From the NCBI RefSeq assembly GCF_009914755.1, contig NC_060947.1: a stretch of DNA of 64,000 nt; one strand, written 5' to 3'. Both the position numbers and the translations under genes were made by a program. Positions 27,954 to 41,286 of the stretch are shown in pieces. Under the pieces are notes generated by a model, which worked only from the letters and a program-made list of their open reading frames with translations, made no database searches and was not told the origin of the DNA. Positions within the stretch are counted from its first letter, which is position 1, and each line of letters starts with the position of its first letter. This DNA comes from the human T2T-CHM13v2.0 reference genome, Homo sapiens.

Positions 27954-28778
27954 TGTTAATCTTTTCTATCGTTTTTCTAGTTTCTATTTTATTTGTTTGT
28001 TGGTCTTTTTATTTCCTTCATTTTCTGTTAAATTTGCTCTTACTTTTTTGGTAGTGCCTTGAGGTACAATGTGAGGTTCTTTATTTGATATGTTTGTTTT
28101 TACTTAAAGTAGGTCCTTATTGAGAATCACCTCCCTCTTAGAACTGGTTTTGCTACTTTCTACAAGTTTTTGTTTTGGTGTTCTGTGTTTTCATTTTGTT
28201 TTACACAAAATTTTTTTTATTTCTGTTTTAATTTATTTTTGGCCCATTGGTGGCTTAGTTTCTACCATTGTGCTGTTTAATTTCCACATATTTGTGAATA
28301 TTTCAATTTTCCTCTTCTGACATGTTTTTAAAATTTTCATACCATTGTGGTTGGAAAAGTTACTTTATATGATTTCAATCTTCTTTAATTTTTTAAGACA
28401 TGTTGTGACCTAACATATGGTTTATAATGGAGAATGTTCCATGTGAGCTTGAAAAGAATGTGCATTCTGTTGCTGTTGGATAGAATGTTCTCTACATTTC
28501 TGCTAGGTTTATTTGATCTAAAATATTCCTCAAGTCCACTGTTTCCTTATTTATTTTTTGTGTGGAGGATTTATCCATTGTTGAAAGTGGGATACTAACA
28601 TCCTCCATCATTGTTTTATTGACATCTATTTCTCCCTATAGTTTTCTCAATATTGTTTATATATTTAGATACTCCAATGATGGGTGACTATACACTTACA
28701 ATTGCTATATCTTCTTGATTAACAGACTCCCTTGTTATTATAAAATGACCATATTGTGACAGTTTTTGATTTAAAGTC

Positions 28779-29179
28779 CGATATGGTTAGAATATTTGTC
28801 CACTCCAAATCTCATGTTGAAAGCTAATGCCCAGTGTTGGAGGTGAGACCTAGTGGGAAGCATTTGGTTCATGGGGCAGATTGTTCACAAACGGATTGTT
28901 GCCTGCCTCACAGTAATGAGTGAGTTCTCACTCTATGAGTTTATGGAAGAACTGATTGTTTGAAAAGAGCATGGTACCTTTCTTCTCTCTCTTGCTCTCT
29001 CTCCTGACATTTGACAGGCCTGCTCCCGCTTCACCTTCCACCCCGAGTAAAGGCTTCCCGAGGGCCTCACCAAGAAGGCTTGTTCAGCCTGCAGAACTGT
29101 GAGCCAAATAAACCTTTCTTTCTTATAAATTATCCAATCTTAGGTATTCCTTTGCAGCAATGCAAAATGGACTAATATA
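28779..29179 (+). mobile_element. MSTB-type MaLR solo LTR
   Basis: gatatggtt...caaatctcatgttgaaa...ggactaatata. 5-bp TSD AAGTC. Confidence 0.9.
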
Positions 29180-29313
29180 AAGTCTAATTTTCTGAAGTAA
29201 GTGTAGCTATCCCTTCTCTTCCTTGGTTTTCATTTGCATGATATATTATTTTTGTTTCCTTACTTCTAGCCTATATCTGTCCTTCAAGCTAAAATGAGTT
29301 TCTTGTAGGCTGC

Positions 29314-29713
29314 TGATATGGTTTGGGTATTTGTCCCCTCAATAACTCATGTTGGACTGTAATCTCCAGTGTTGAAGTTTCGGCCTAGTGGGAGGTGTTT
29401 GGGTCATGGAGGCAGATCCCTCATGAATGGTGTGGTTCCCTCTCTGTGGTAATGAGTTCATGTGAGATCTGATTGTTATAATATCTGGGACTTCTGCCCA
29501 CTCGCCTTTCTCTCTCTCTCGCCATCTCACATGTCTTCTCCCCCTCCACCTACTGCCAGAAGTAAAAGCTTTCTGATACCTCACCAGAAGCCATGTAGAT
29601 GTTGATGGCATGATTATACAGCCTGCAGAATTGTGAGCCAAATGAAAGTCTTTTCTTTATGAATTACTAAGCCTCAGATATTCCTTTCTAGCAATGCAAA
29701 ATGGACTAATACA
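29314..29713 (+). mobile_element. MSTA/MSTB-type MaLR solo LTR
   Basis: tgatatggtttgg...ggactaataca. 5-bp TSD GCTGC. Confidence 0.9.
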
Positions 29714-30124
29714 GCTGCATATAGTTAGGTCTTGTTTTCTTTATCTATTCATCCACTCTGTATTTTTTGATTGATTAGATAACTTAATTCATTTACATTA
29801 AAGTCATTATTGATAGACAATACTTACTACTGCCTTTTTATTGATTGTTTTCTGACTGTTTTATAGTTGGTGTCTTGCTCTCTTGCTGTCTTTGTGATTA
29901 GATAATTTTTTGTAGTTGTATTATTTGATTCCTTTGTCTTTATCTTTTGTGTGTCTACTATGGGTTTTCTTTTCTTTGTGATTACCATATGGTTACATAA
30001 AACATCTTATAGTTATAATCGTCTATTTTACAATGATAACAACTTAACTTTGCATACAAAATGTCTATATTTTAACTTCTTTCCCCACAGGTTATGTTGT
30101 TGATGTCACAATTTACTTATTATT

Positions 30125-30455
<331 letters not shown>

Positions 30456-32627
30456 TAATAAATCATTATAGCTATAGTTATTTTTAATAATTTTGTCTTT
30501 TCTACTAGAGTTACAAGTGATTTACACACCATTACAGTATTAGAGTGTTCTGAATTTGACTATATTCTTACTTTTACAGAGGATTTTATACTTTCTATAT
30601 TTTCTTATTGTTACATAGCAGTCTTTTGTTTCAACTTGAAGAACTCAAATTTAGCACTTCTTCCAAGCAGTCTACAGTTAACAAATTGTCTGAGTTTTGG
30701 TTTGCCTGGAACAATCCTTATCTTTCTCTTCATTCCTGACAGGCTTGTCAGATATAGTACTCTTAATTTTGATGGTTATTTTTTTCCTTTCATTCTTTTG
30801 AATTGAATATATCCCTTCACTCTATCCTTTAGCACAGTTACCTTCTGAAATTTTCTGTTTATTGTCTTATGAGGATTTTCTTGTATGGGATAAGTTACTG
30901 TTTCCTTGCTGCTTTCAAATTTTCTCTTTGTCTTTTACTTTTGAGAATTTTATTATAATGATTTTTGGTGAAGATATATTTATGATTAATCTACTTAGTG
31001 TTCTTTGCACTTCATGGATCTGTATTTTTTTTACCCTCTCCAGATTTGGGAAATTTTCTGTAATTTTATTAAAAGTAAGCTAATGTTCCATCTTTTTTCC
31101 TCCCCCTTCTGAGACTTCTATAATGTATATGTTGGTTTGCATTATGGTGTTCCATATATTCCAAAAAGTTTTTCACTTTTTTTCTTCTTCTTTTTTTCTT
31201 TTTGTTCATCTGACTTAGTTTTTTCAAGTAATATCTCTTTGAGCTCATTGATTCTTTTCTCTGCCTGACCAAGCTTCCTATTGAGGTTTTCTATAAAATA
31301 TTTTAGTTCATTGTGCTCCTCAGTTCTGGAATTTCTGTGTCTTTTTATGGTTTCTAGCTATTTGTAAAACTTCACATTTCTTTTAACTGTTTAGTTGTCT
31401 ATCCATGTTCTCTTGTATCTCATTGAACATTGTTAAGATGCTTGTATTGAATTGTTTGTCAGAAAATCTTTTGATCTTCATTACTTTAGGGTAACTTACC
31501 AGTGCTTTATTTTATCCCTTTGGTTGTGTCATGTTTCTCCAACTTTTTTGGTAATTTTTATAACCTTGTCTTGATGTCTGCACATTTGAAGGAGTAGGTA
31601 CCTTTTCTCATCTTAACAAACTAATTTTGGCAGAAAAAATCCCTTCACCAGTAAGCCTATCCAGAGATTCTGGATGGGTCAGTTAGTAGAGTTCACATGC
31701 ACACCTGCTACTGGAGTGCTCAGGTAGGCTGGCCTGGTGTGTGGGTCAACTCTTGGGCAGATTCATCACCTGGGTCCAAAGGGCCCAGTCTGATGCTTGA
31801 GTCCCCTGTGGTAGGCCTGGAGCTTTGGTTTGTGTGAGCAGGCCTGAAGTCTTGTGGCACAAATGTGGGCCTAGAGCTTGGATCTGCAAATGTTGGCCTG
31901 GATCATGGATCTGTGGGGGACATATTAAAGCCTGGGTCCATGGAGGCTGAACTAGCATTGTCATCATTCATGGGCTTGTCTTGCACTTAGATCCATTGGC
32001 CTGAAATTGGGGTGGGCCTAGAGCTTGAGTCCATGAGGGTGAGCCTGGGTTCATAAAGGCTGGCCTGAAGCTGGGGACAATGGAGGCTGGCTTATGCTGG
32101 GGTCTTTGATGAAGTTGTGTGCTCATTTCACTCTCCTTCCCCAATGGAGAAGGTATCTCTTTCTGCATTGTGCTATGTGGATTTCAGGGAGGCGTGGCAC
32201 AGATAATGTGAAACTATCTTTTCTACTCTCTTCAACACATATTTTCATACTTCTGTACTCTAAACAAGTGCTGTAATCTCTCATCTGATTTCCTTAGCTT
32301 TATGAAGGTATTTTAGTGCATGGCTGGTTGTTCATTTGATGGCTTTGTGAAGAAACAAGTCCTGGAAGCTTTTATTCTGCCATCTGCTGATGTCACTACT
32401 CTCCAGATAAATCTGCAATGTGCTAATCAAAATCACCTTTGTATTTGGGAAGCATTGATCTGGAGCTGTATCATAGAACAGCTCTGCCTCTAAATCCTGA
32501 ATGATGAGGAATATAATAAGATTGCAATTGGATTAACTGCTTTCAAGAACATTCTAAATGAGGTGTTCCTTTTCCTCCTGATTGACATCAGGGAAAAAGG
32601 TTTTTGCTTTTAAGAATGTCTTAATCT

Positions 32628-32926
32628 GACCAGGCACGGTGGCTCACGCCTGTAATCCCAGCACTTTGGGAGGCCAAGGCAGGCAGATCACGAGGTCAGG
32701 AGATTGAGACCATCCTGGCTAACATGGTGAAACCCCATCTCTACTAAAAATACAAAAAATTAGCCGGGCGTGGTGGCGGGTGCCTGTAGTCCCAGCTACT
32801 CGGGAGGCTGAGGCAGGAGAATGGCGTGAAGGCGGAGCTTGCAGTGAGCAGAGATCTCGCCACTGCACTCCAGCCTGGGCGACAAAGCAAGACTGTGTCT
32901 CAGAAAAAAAAAAAAAAAAAAAAAAA
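32628..32926 (+). mobile_element. AluY
   Basis: AluY diagnostics (ccatcctggctaac, aatggcgtgaa, gcggagcttgcag) and a pure A tail. Perfect 16-bp TSD aagaatgtcttaatct at a TTTT/AA endonuclease site. 7-bp internal deletion after gcgtgaa. Confidence 0.97.
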
Positions 32927-32949
32927 AAGAATGTCTTAATCTAATATTG

Positions 32950-33433
32950 AGAGAGATTGATTGCCAAATAAAAGCGCCTACTTTTCTAGCCCTCTCTTTG
33001 TCTATGCCCTTGGCAGGTAATTTTGTCTCATTTTCTTCAAGTGATGTAATTCCACCACACTCACTAAAACTGGACTGGTTTTGTGACTTTCTTTGGTCAA
33101 CAAAATGAAACAGAAATAAAAATGTACCAGTCCAGAACCTAGGCTTCAATAGGCTTTGCATAGACCTGACTCTGTATGGAAACACCCCCAGGCTAGTCTG
33201 ATAGAGATTGAGAAACTCTAAGAAACAGTGTTATTAATCCTAGGCAAGGTTCAAAGTGACCTGCAAGGTGACTACAGATACATGACAAAATCCAGTTGAA
33301 ATCACTCAGTCTTGACCCTTATCAGCAGAGCTACCTAGCCAATCTGTAGAGTTGTAAAAAATCACTCATTTTTGTTGTTTTAAAACATTAAGTTTTGAAG
33401 AGTTTTGTTATGCCATAGTAGTTAGCTGATAAA
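32950..33433 (+). mobile_element. Old MLT1 (MLT1F/G/H-like) LTR
   Basis: gtgactttctttggtcaacaaaatg...cctaggcttcaataggc and the 3' end tgttgttttaaaacattaagttttg...gttatg...agctgata. Confidence 0.65.
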
Positions 33434-34903
33434 AATGTCTTTAGAGTGATAACTTATATACAGAGTACACAGTACAATTTGAATGTCACTGAGATAAGGG
33501 TGTTACTCCTAATTATATCTTCCACTGGGGTCTGCAATGATTATTTGGATTACACTTATCACTCACCTGTCTGCCCCTTGTGACTAATCTGAAGGAAAAA
33601 AAAAAGAATGCTAATTTGGAATTTCTATATTTGTCATTATGACCCATTAAAATTAGTGGAGAAAAATGAGTCCATCTTTACTATCATATCTCTGTAGTAC
33701 TTGGCATATAATTGGTACTCAGTTATCTTGGAAAACATTCTAGTTAGATCATGTCCAAATACTTTTCTAAGAGACTTTCCAAAGACCCTCTTTTCCTTCT
33801 CGCCTCCAAGTTCGTTGTTAAACTACATTTTATTTGTTTAATAAAATGTACTCCCTGTGGAACAACTTGGATTGCAGAGCTCTTCCAGAAGGTGCTGACT
33901 TCAGCTCTGTATTTGTTCTCTTTCTTCAGAACCACGCCCTTTGGAGCTCTGATTTGGGCAAGCTGACAAAGACCTGTTTGCCATGTACCTCTGATGCTGA
34001 GAAGCACTACCCCTTGGCCTCTTTGAGCTCTGATTAGCCTTCCTCCATGAATGTGTTGGATTAGACAGAAGAGGAGTTTAAGAATTAAATATCCACTTCA
34101 ATTTTGGTTTTGGTAGGATAGCAGTCAGAAACATTGCCTTGTATTGTTCAGAAATATATACTTCTGATAATGTTTGGGCCTTTCAAAACAGGACCAGTTA
34201 TAGGAGAAAAATTATAATTCAAAGGGAAGGCATGAAATTGTATTGGGATTCAGTATGTTATTTAATGCTGGTGAACAGGACTGAATCCAAGAAATTACAG
34301 AAATAGTTTGAATATTTCTCGTTAGCTTGGAAACACGGCTAGTTATAAATTGGTATTTTGTTTAACTTGGAGATACAGACCTCTCTAAACTCATTTGTTA
34401 TGGTCTTGCTTGCATTTCACTGAGCAAAGTCAGTCAAACAACATGGATTAACTGTGCTACACCATATACTTTGTCTTGGGTTTAGTGATGGAGATAATAC
34501 CAGAAATAAAAGATAGAGTTGTTACTCTTGTGAAGGTTACATCTAAGCAAGGAGACAAGAACAATGCATGTAGAAAGTTAATTTTCACTTCTACTTCCAT
34601 GGAATTATGCATTTGACAATGCTTTTTCTTATGAGTAGCTTGATTTGCTTTCAAAGAGATCCTAGCTTGGGGACACATACCAATTCAGTGATGCAGGCCA
34701 TGAATGAGTGATATAGAGGAATCTAACAGTAAAAATAGGGTTTCTAGATGTCTCCTAATAATTTCTGCTGTTACAGAGAAGTCAGCAGAAAGCAAATGTG
34801 ACAAAGTCAGTGATGGCAATGCCTAAAAGAAAACCTGGTCACCTGTGTGCTTCCCCACTTGACTTGAGTACAGCTGGCTTTGCTGGCAATCTAAAGGGAA
34901 AAG

Positions 34904-35244
<341 letters not shown>

Positions 35245-35304
35245 CTACCTTCCCCATCAGTTCCATTCCAGAAACATGTCAATGGTTTATTATTGTTTTT
35301 TGTC

Positions 35305-35601
35305 TAGTTTTGTTTTGTTATAAAAAGGGTCTCACTCTGTTACCCAGGCTAGAGTGCAGTGGCATAATCATAGATCATTGCAGCCTCAAACTCCTAGGCT
35401 CAAGAAATCCTCCTGCCTCAGCCTCCTGAGCAGCTAGGATCGCAGGCACATACCACCACAACAGGCTAATTATTTTATTTTCATAGAGATGGGGTATTAC
35501 TATTTTGCCAAGACCGGTCTCAAACTCCTGGCCTCAAGCGATTCTCCTGTGTCAGCCTCCCAAAGTACTGGGATTACAAGCATGAGCTACTGTGCTTGGC
35601 C
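35305..35601 (-). mobile_element. AluJ
   Basis: cagcctcaaactcctaggctcaagaaatcctcctgcc is J-type. TSD-like tattgt..tctagtttt. Confidence 0.92.
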
Positions 35602-36305
35602 TATTGTCTCTAGTTTTATGGTTACATTTTCTTCTATATAAATACTGGCTAAAACAAAGCTATTAACAGATACAGGCTTATACACTGCAGAGAAAAGTTG
35701 AATTTTGCTTTGTAGATTTAGAAGGATCGTTTTATTCTTGATAAGGATCAACCTTATTTATAAGCTTACTTGATGGTTACCTAGGTGTCCTAGCTGTAGA
35801 GAGAACAGGAAGGCACTCTTTATCCCTAAATACTTTAAGTTTTATCAGAGGCAAGGATTCCTGTCTGTTCCTTTTGTAGCATTGTAACTTTCCTGTTTTT
35901 ACGCTTTTTCCATCAGTTAACCCAGAAGAGGCTATGTAGAAGAAGGGCAAGATCCATGTTGTTTTCTGACTTAGCTCACTGGAATGCAGGCAAGAACATT
36001 ACAAATCAATTTAGAAAGGTCTGTGGCTACAACTCAGGCAAAATATTAGTTTTTAACTAGCTGTGTCTCTGGGATGATGATGAACGTCAGGCCTGTTTCT
36101 ATCATTCCTGGGATTCAGTCTTGATCAGAGACATTATACAACACACAGAGATGGATTTTGCTGTGGTCCCTGTTTTTAAAGATTTCACAGGCTAGTAAAG
36201 TAGAAATTTATTTAAATAAAGAATTACATATTTTATCTGTCTTATAGCTCTATCAAAAGTCATAAGCAAACCCCTTCAGTGCCAAGGAAGTAAAAGTAAG
36301 CTAAC

Positions 36306-36446
36306 TAGTAGTAAAATGATAGAGTGTTGTGATAAAATTGTGCTTTATAATTTTATAGTAGTATAATTCCACAATCCTCTATCACAACACTCTACTATTA
36401 AATAGTAGTAAAATGATAGTGTTGTGATAGATGATTGTGATAAAAT
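36306..36446. repeat. Direct-inverted-direct triplication of a ~30-40-bp unit
   Basis: tagtagtaaaatgatagagtgttgtgata at 36306, inverted cacaatcctctatcacaacactctactatt at 36370-36399, and tagtagtaaaatgatagtgttgtgatagatgattgtg at 36403. Confidence 0.9.
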
Positions 36447-37201
36447 GTAAGTGAGCAAGCCCTGTCTGAAGACTTCAAATTTACAATTAGTTTAATATAT
36501 ACTTTAGCTACCAATATACTGTTTGCCACCTGCCTAGGTTATGATATCAGGAACCTTTACTTCACTAGAAGAAAATAGGCTATTCCAATTAACAAGAGAG
36601 TTTCTATTTCAGAAAAGTAAAATCGTGTTGATACCTGCACTAAGTGTAATTAATCTGACTTTGTAGTAATTAAATGTAGTTAAAATATATTGTGAAATGT
36701 CCATATCATAGAACTAGTAGGTAGCCATCAAAATTATATTTTCAAAGAATATATAATGGTGTAAAAATTATCACAATATGAAAATTGAAAAGATCCTGGT
36801 AAAACTCACTCTACATATTACAATTCTAATACATAAACATGCTCATGGGAAATGAATTACTAAGAAAATAAATGAAAATATTAGGCTTGTTTTTCTCTGG
36901 GTGCTAAGTTAGTGAATCTTCTTTATTTTCTTCTTCATGTTATTTCACAGTTCTGCAATAAACTATAAAGTAGAAAAAGTTGTAATTATATTTTAATTAC
37001 AATTAAATTTGAAGGTATGCTAAATATCAAGAATAAACACTGGAATTTCAGATAAGTAGGGTAAAATAATATATGGTAGAAAAAAGATGCATCCTCCTAC
37101 CTCAACATGTACAGACAATATTTATCGATGCATATAGACAAATCTTGTTTCAATACTGTTTCTGTTTTTGTTTTGATCCTCTGCTTGGTGGCTTATTCTA
37201 A

Positions 37202-37561
<360 letters not shown>

Positions 37562-37719
37562 CTTATTAACAACTTTTAAAAAAGATTTGCCAAACACTTT
37601 CTTCTCTGTGTAATGTTACACCTTGCCTTAGGTAGTAAATATATTCCTGAAGACATATATGTGTGTGCATTGCAGAATGCCCTGCAAGAATACAACTATC
37701 TTTAGTTGAGTATCTAACT

Positions 37720-37905
37720 ATTAACCAAATATTGTGTAGGTGTTTTCTGAATATAATTTTACTTAATCTACACAATAACTAAACAAATTAGATACCGTGT
37801 TCCATATTTTTAAAAATATAAGACTGAGACTCATAGAATAAAATGATTTGCTCATGAAAGTTTACACAGTTTAAGAGTAGCAGAGCTGGACCTCAGATTT
37901 ACTAT
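37720..37905 (-). mobile_element. MIR fragment
   Basis: Core-like actgagactcatagaataaaatgatttgctc...acacag...gcagagctgga. Confidence 0.6.
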
Positions 37906-38885
37906 TCTCTAATCACAATCTTTACTTCATCTATTATATTCTTTTGGTCTAAGGTTTGCAACCCAACTTCTCAACATTTTTTTTATCTGTAATGTAAAAA
38001 GATAAGATAAAACCACAGGACCCTTTCTGTTTTGAAATTTTATTAATTTAATTCAAAACCAACTTCTTAAAGCTGTTATCAGGATTCTGTACAAGTGCTT
38101 TATAAAGGGAGAAAAGTGTGATACAAAGTCAAGTTATTATTTTATTAAATCAATTCTCATTTTTCTATTGACTCACGTTACAAATTCAGAGATACTTTGT
38201 CATCCTAGCTAACAGATCTTCAACAGTCAGTTGCTCCTAAAGGTGTATCTCTAAGTTTCTTAGGCCAGAAGTCTCCATGTAGGTAAGCAAATGTACACAC
38301 AAGTGTTTTGTGTTTGTGTAGAAGTATGTGTATTGAGATGCAAAAGACTAGAAAATTAAACAATCTTTTTTGTAAAAAGAATAGACAGCATCTAACTGAG
38401 TTTTCATATATGAATTATTTGGTTGTTTTTATAAATAGGGCCTACTTGAAGTAGCATGGATTACAAAGGGAGAAATCAGCCTTAGGTAAATGAAATGTAA
38501 CTTCTTTACTTCAAGATTCTTCAGGTTGTTTTATTTCTTATCATTGGACAACTACTATGAGAAATCTACATTCATTTTGGGTTTCTGTCTGGAATTTAAA
38601 GCAGATTTTCAATGATTTAATTAAAAAGGAATAACCTTTTCATAGATTTTCCCTACCCTTCTCCAAATTCTGCCTCCCACAATGTTAACCCAATTATAGA
38701 ATACGAAAAGCCTTTCACTACTGAATTTGTTGTGCTAATTGAGCACAGAATGCTCTCTTGCCTCTGTAAATGGCTTACATATGCAATCTCCAATTCAGTA
38801 GTTTTAAATTAAAGAATACATATGAAAATATAAGAAGAGAGTTTTCTTCATTGTGGACTACATATGTATGTGCATGTATGTATCA

Positions 38886-39114
38886 TCACCACCACTTCCC
38901 AAATAAAGTAAACAAAAAGTACATACACAACTAAAAATAAACGAATTTTATATCTCTGGATATTTGCAGTTAATTTGATTTTGTTTGATTCATTTGTGTT
39001 AATTATATGTACAATTTTTCAGTCTAAAGTTATACTGAATTGGAAGAAAACCAGCATAGAAAGTAAGAGTTGTGTTTGGATTTTGTGACTTCTTTTGTGT
39101 TAACTACATTGCAA
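38886..39114 (+). repeat. Direct duplicate (~89% identical) of 41287-41514
   Basis: Manual alignment from tcacca(c/t)cacttcccaaataaagtaaac to taactacattgcaa shows ~23 substitutions and a few small indels. Confidence 0.93.
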
Positions 39115-39120
39115 TTTAGG

Positions 39121-39256
39121 TATATACATATATACGTATATATATGTATATATACGTATATATACATATATCATTGGACAACTACATATATACAACATAT
39201 ATATACACACACATATGTGTATACATATATATGTATGTATATATATAGAGAGAGAT
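39121..39256. repeat. Degenerate (TA)n/(TATACA)n microsatellite
   Basis: Seen directly. A related tract sits at 38859-38883 on the other side of the duplicated block. Confidence 0.95.
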
Positions 39257-39491
39257 ACATTCTAGGAAAATCACTTAATCTGTTGTTCATATAGTTATAT
39301 TATGTAGCAATGTTTACTGTGACAGTTTTCAAAAACTGAAGAAAGATCCAGACAAAAACATTCAGAATTGGCAGTTGAAAGTAAGTAACCTCTTAATAAA
39401 TACCAGGTCAATAATAGAATGCTGTAGCATAAGTTCTATGTTAAGTTAATATGGATTTTATTATTATACATTTCAGACATGTGTAAATCAT

Positions 39492-40252
39492 TGATATGGT
39501 TAGGCTTTGTGTCTCTCCTCCCAAATCTCATCTTGAATTATAATCTCCATGATCCCCACATGTCAAGGAACAGACCAGGTGGAGATAATTGAATTATGGG
39601 GGCAGTTTCCCCCATGCTGTTCTCATGATAGTGAGTTCTCATGAGATCTGATGGTTTTATAAGTTTTTGGTTTCTCTCATGAGATCTGATGGTTTTATAA
39701 GAGTTTGGTTTCTCTTCCTGTGTTCATTCTCCTTCTTGCCACCTTGTGAAGAAGGTGCCTTGCTTCTCCTTCATCTTCTGCCATGATTGTAAGACTCCTG
39801 AGGTCTCCCCAGCCATGCCGAACTGTGAGTCAATTAAACATTTTTCCTACCAGTCGGGTGTGGTGGCTCATGCCTGTAATCCCAGCACTTTGGTAGGCTG
39901 AGTTGGACGGATCACAAGGTCAGAAGTTCGAGACCAGCCTGGCCAACATGGTGAAACCGCGTCTCTACTAAAAATACAAAAAAAAAAAAAAAAAAGAAAA
40001 AAATTAGCCAGGAGTGGTGGCAGGCACCTGTAATCACAGCTACTCGGGAGGCTGATGCAGGAGAATCACCTGAACCCGGAGGCGGAGGTTACAGTGAGCT
40101 GAGATCATGCTACTGCACTCCAGCCTGGGCGACAGAACGAGACTCCGTCTCAAAAATCAAATAGACAAACAAACAACAACACAGAAAAAACCTTTTTTCC
40201 CAGTCTCGGGCAGTTCTTTATATTAGTAGCAGTGTGAAAATGGACTATTACA
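39492..40252 (+). mobile_element. THE1D 5' LTR split by an Alu, with a ~38-bp internal tandem duplication at ~39638-39713
   Basis: tgatatggttaggctttgtgtc...gtcaagg..cagaccaggtggag is the THE1D start. Ends ggactattaca. Confidence 0.9.
39852..40187 (+). mobile_element. AluS (Sg-like) with expanded middle A-tract
   Basis: Dimer with a ~25-nt A-rich run after taaaaatac and a (CAAA)n tail. TSD-like aaac.tttttcc. Confidence 0.93.
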
Positions 40253-40690
40253 GTAAACTGGTACTGAGGTAATGGAGAACTGCTATAAAGATACCCCCAA
40301 ACATGCATCTTCGGAAACGGGTAATGGGCAGAGGTTGGAACAGTTTGGAGGGGTCAGAAAAATATAGGAAGATGTGGGAAAGTTTGGAACTTTCTGGAGA
40401 GTTATTGAATGGTTTTGACCAAAATATTGATACTGATACAGACAGACATAGCCAGGCAGATGTAGCCTCAGATGGAAATGAGTAACTTTTTGGCAACTGC
40501 AGCAAAGGTCACTTTTGCTATGCTTTAGCATAGAGATTGGCGGCATTTTGCCCCTGCCCTAGAGATCTGTGGAACTTTGAACTTCAGAGAGATGATTTAG
40601 TGTATCTGGCAGAAGAAATTTCTAAGCAGCAAAGCATTCAAGAGGTGAACTTAGTGCTCTTAAAAGCATTAACTTTTATACATTCACAAG
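40253..40690 (+). mobile_element. THE1-int 5' part, truncated
   Basis: gggcagaggttggaacagtttggagg...gatctgtggaactttgaact..agagagatgatttag..tatctggcagaagaaatttctaagcagcaaagcattcaaga. ORF 40303-40485 GRGWNSLEGSE is the MaLR ORF remnant. Confidence 0.9.
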
Positions 40691-41286
40691 CTATAATGAT
40701 GTTTATTTAACTTTTCAATCTGCTGCTTGAAGCAATAAATAGTTTAAACAAAATGAACTCAGGAGTAAATTATTATATTCCTAGATACAAACACTGTTGA
40801 ATAAAACATATTGAGGATTTAGGATAACGTATTTTTCTAACCTATTGATCCACATTGACCATATTTACAAGAAAATAATTATTTGCTCTCATAGAAGGCT
40901 CTGTTACTCTTACATGAATTGATTTCCTTGCAAACATCTGAAAATTTTGTTATTCATATAAGGAATGGTGAGCTTTACTGACATTTGGATTGAGGCCTAT
41001 TTAAAGTCCCTCTTCTCTTGGCCATTGTATAAACTTGTTTGCATCTTTTAATCTAAAAAAATTCAAGTATTGTCAAATAAGAGGACTTTGAGGAAATCCA
41101 TATTAAAAACATTCAACATATTCAAAATTATAAGGTCTATAGTCAGTAATACCAAGTGAGGCTAAAAATAGTCAAGCTAGTTTCCCTATGGAAACAAGTG
41201 AAAGGAGTTATTTTTGTATTGGCAAGGTATTATTGTTAGTTTCATAACAACTCAGAGGGGCTTTAATGGTTCCATTCAATCTTAAG

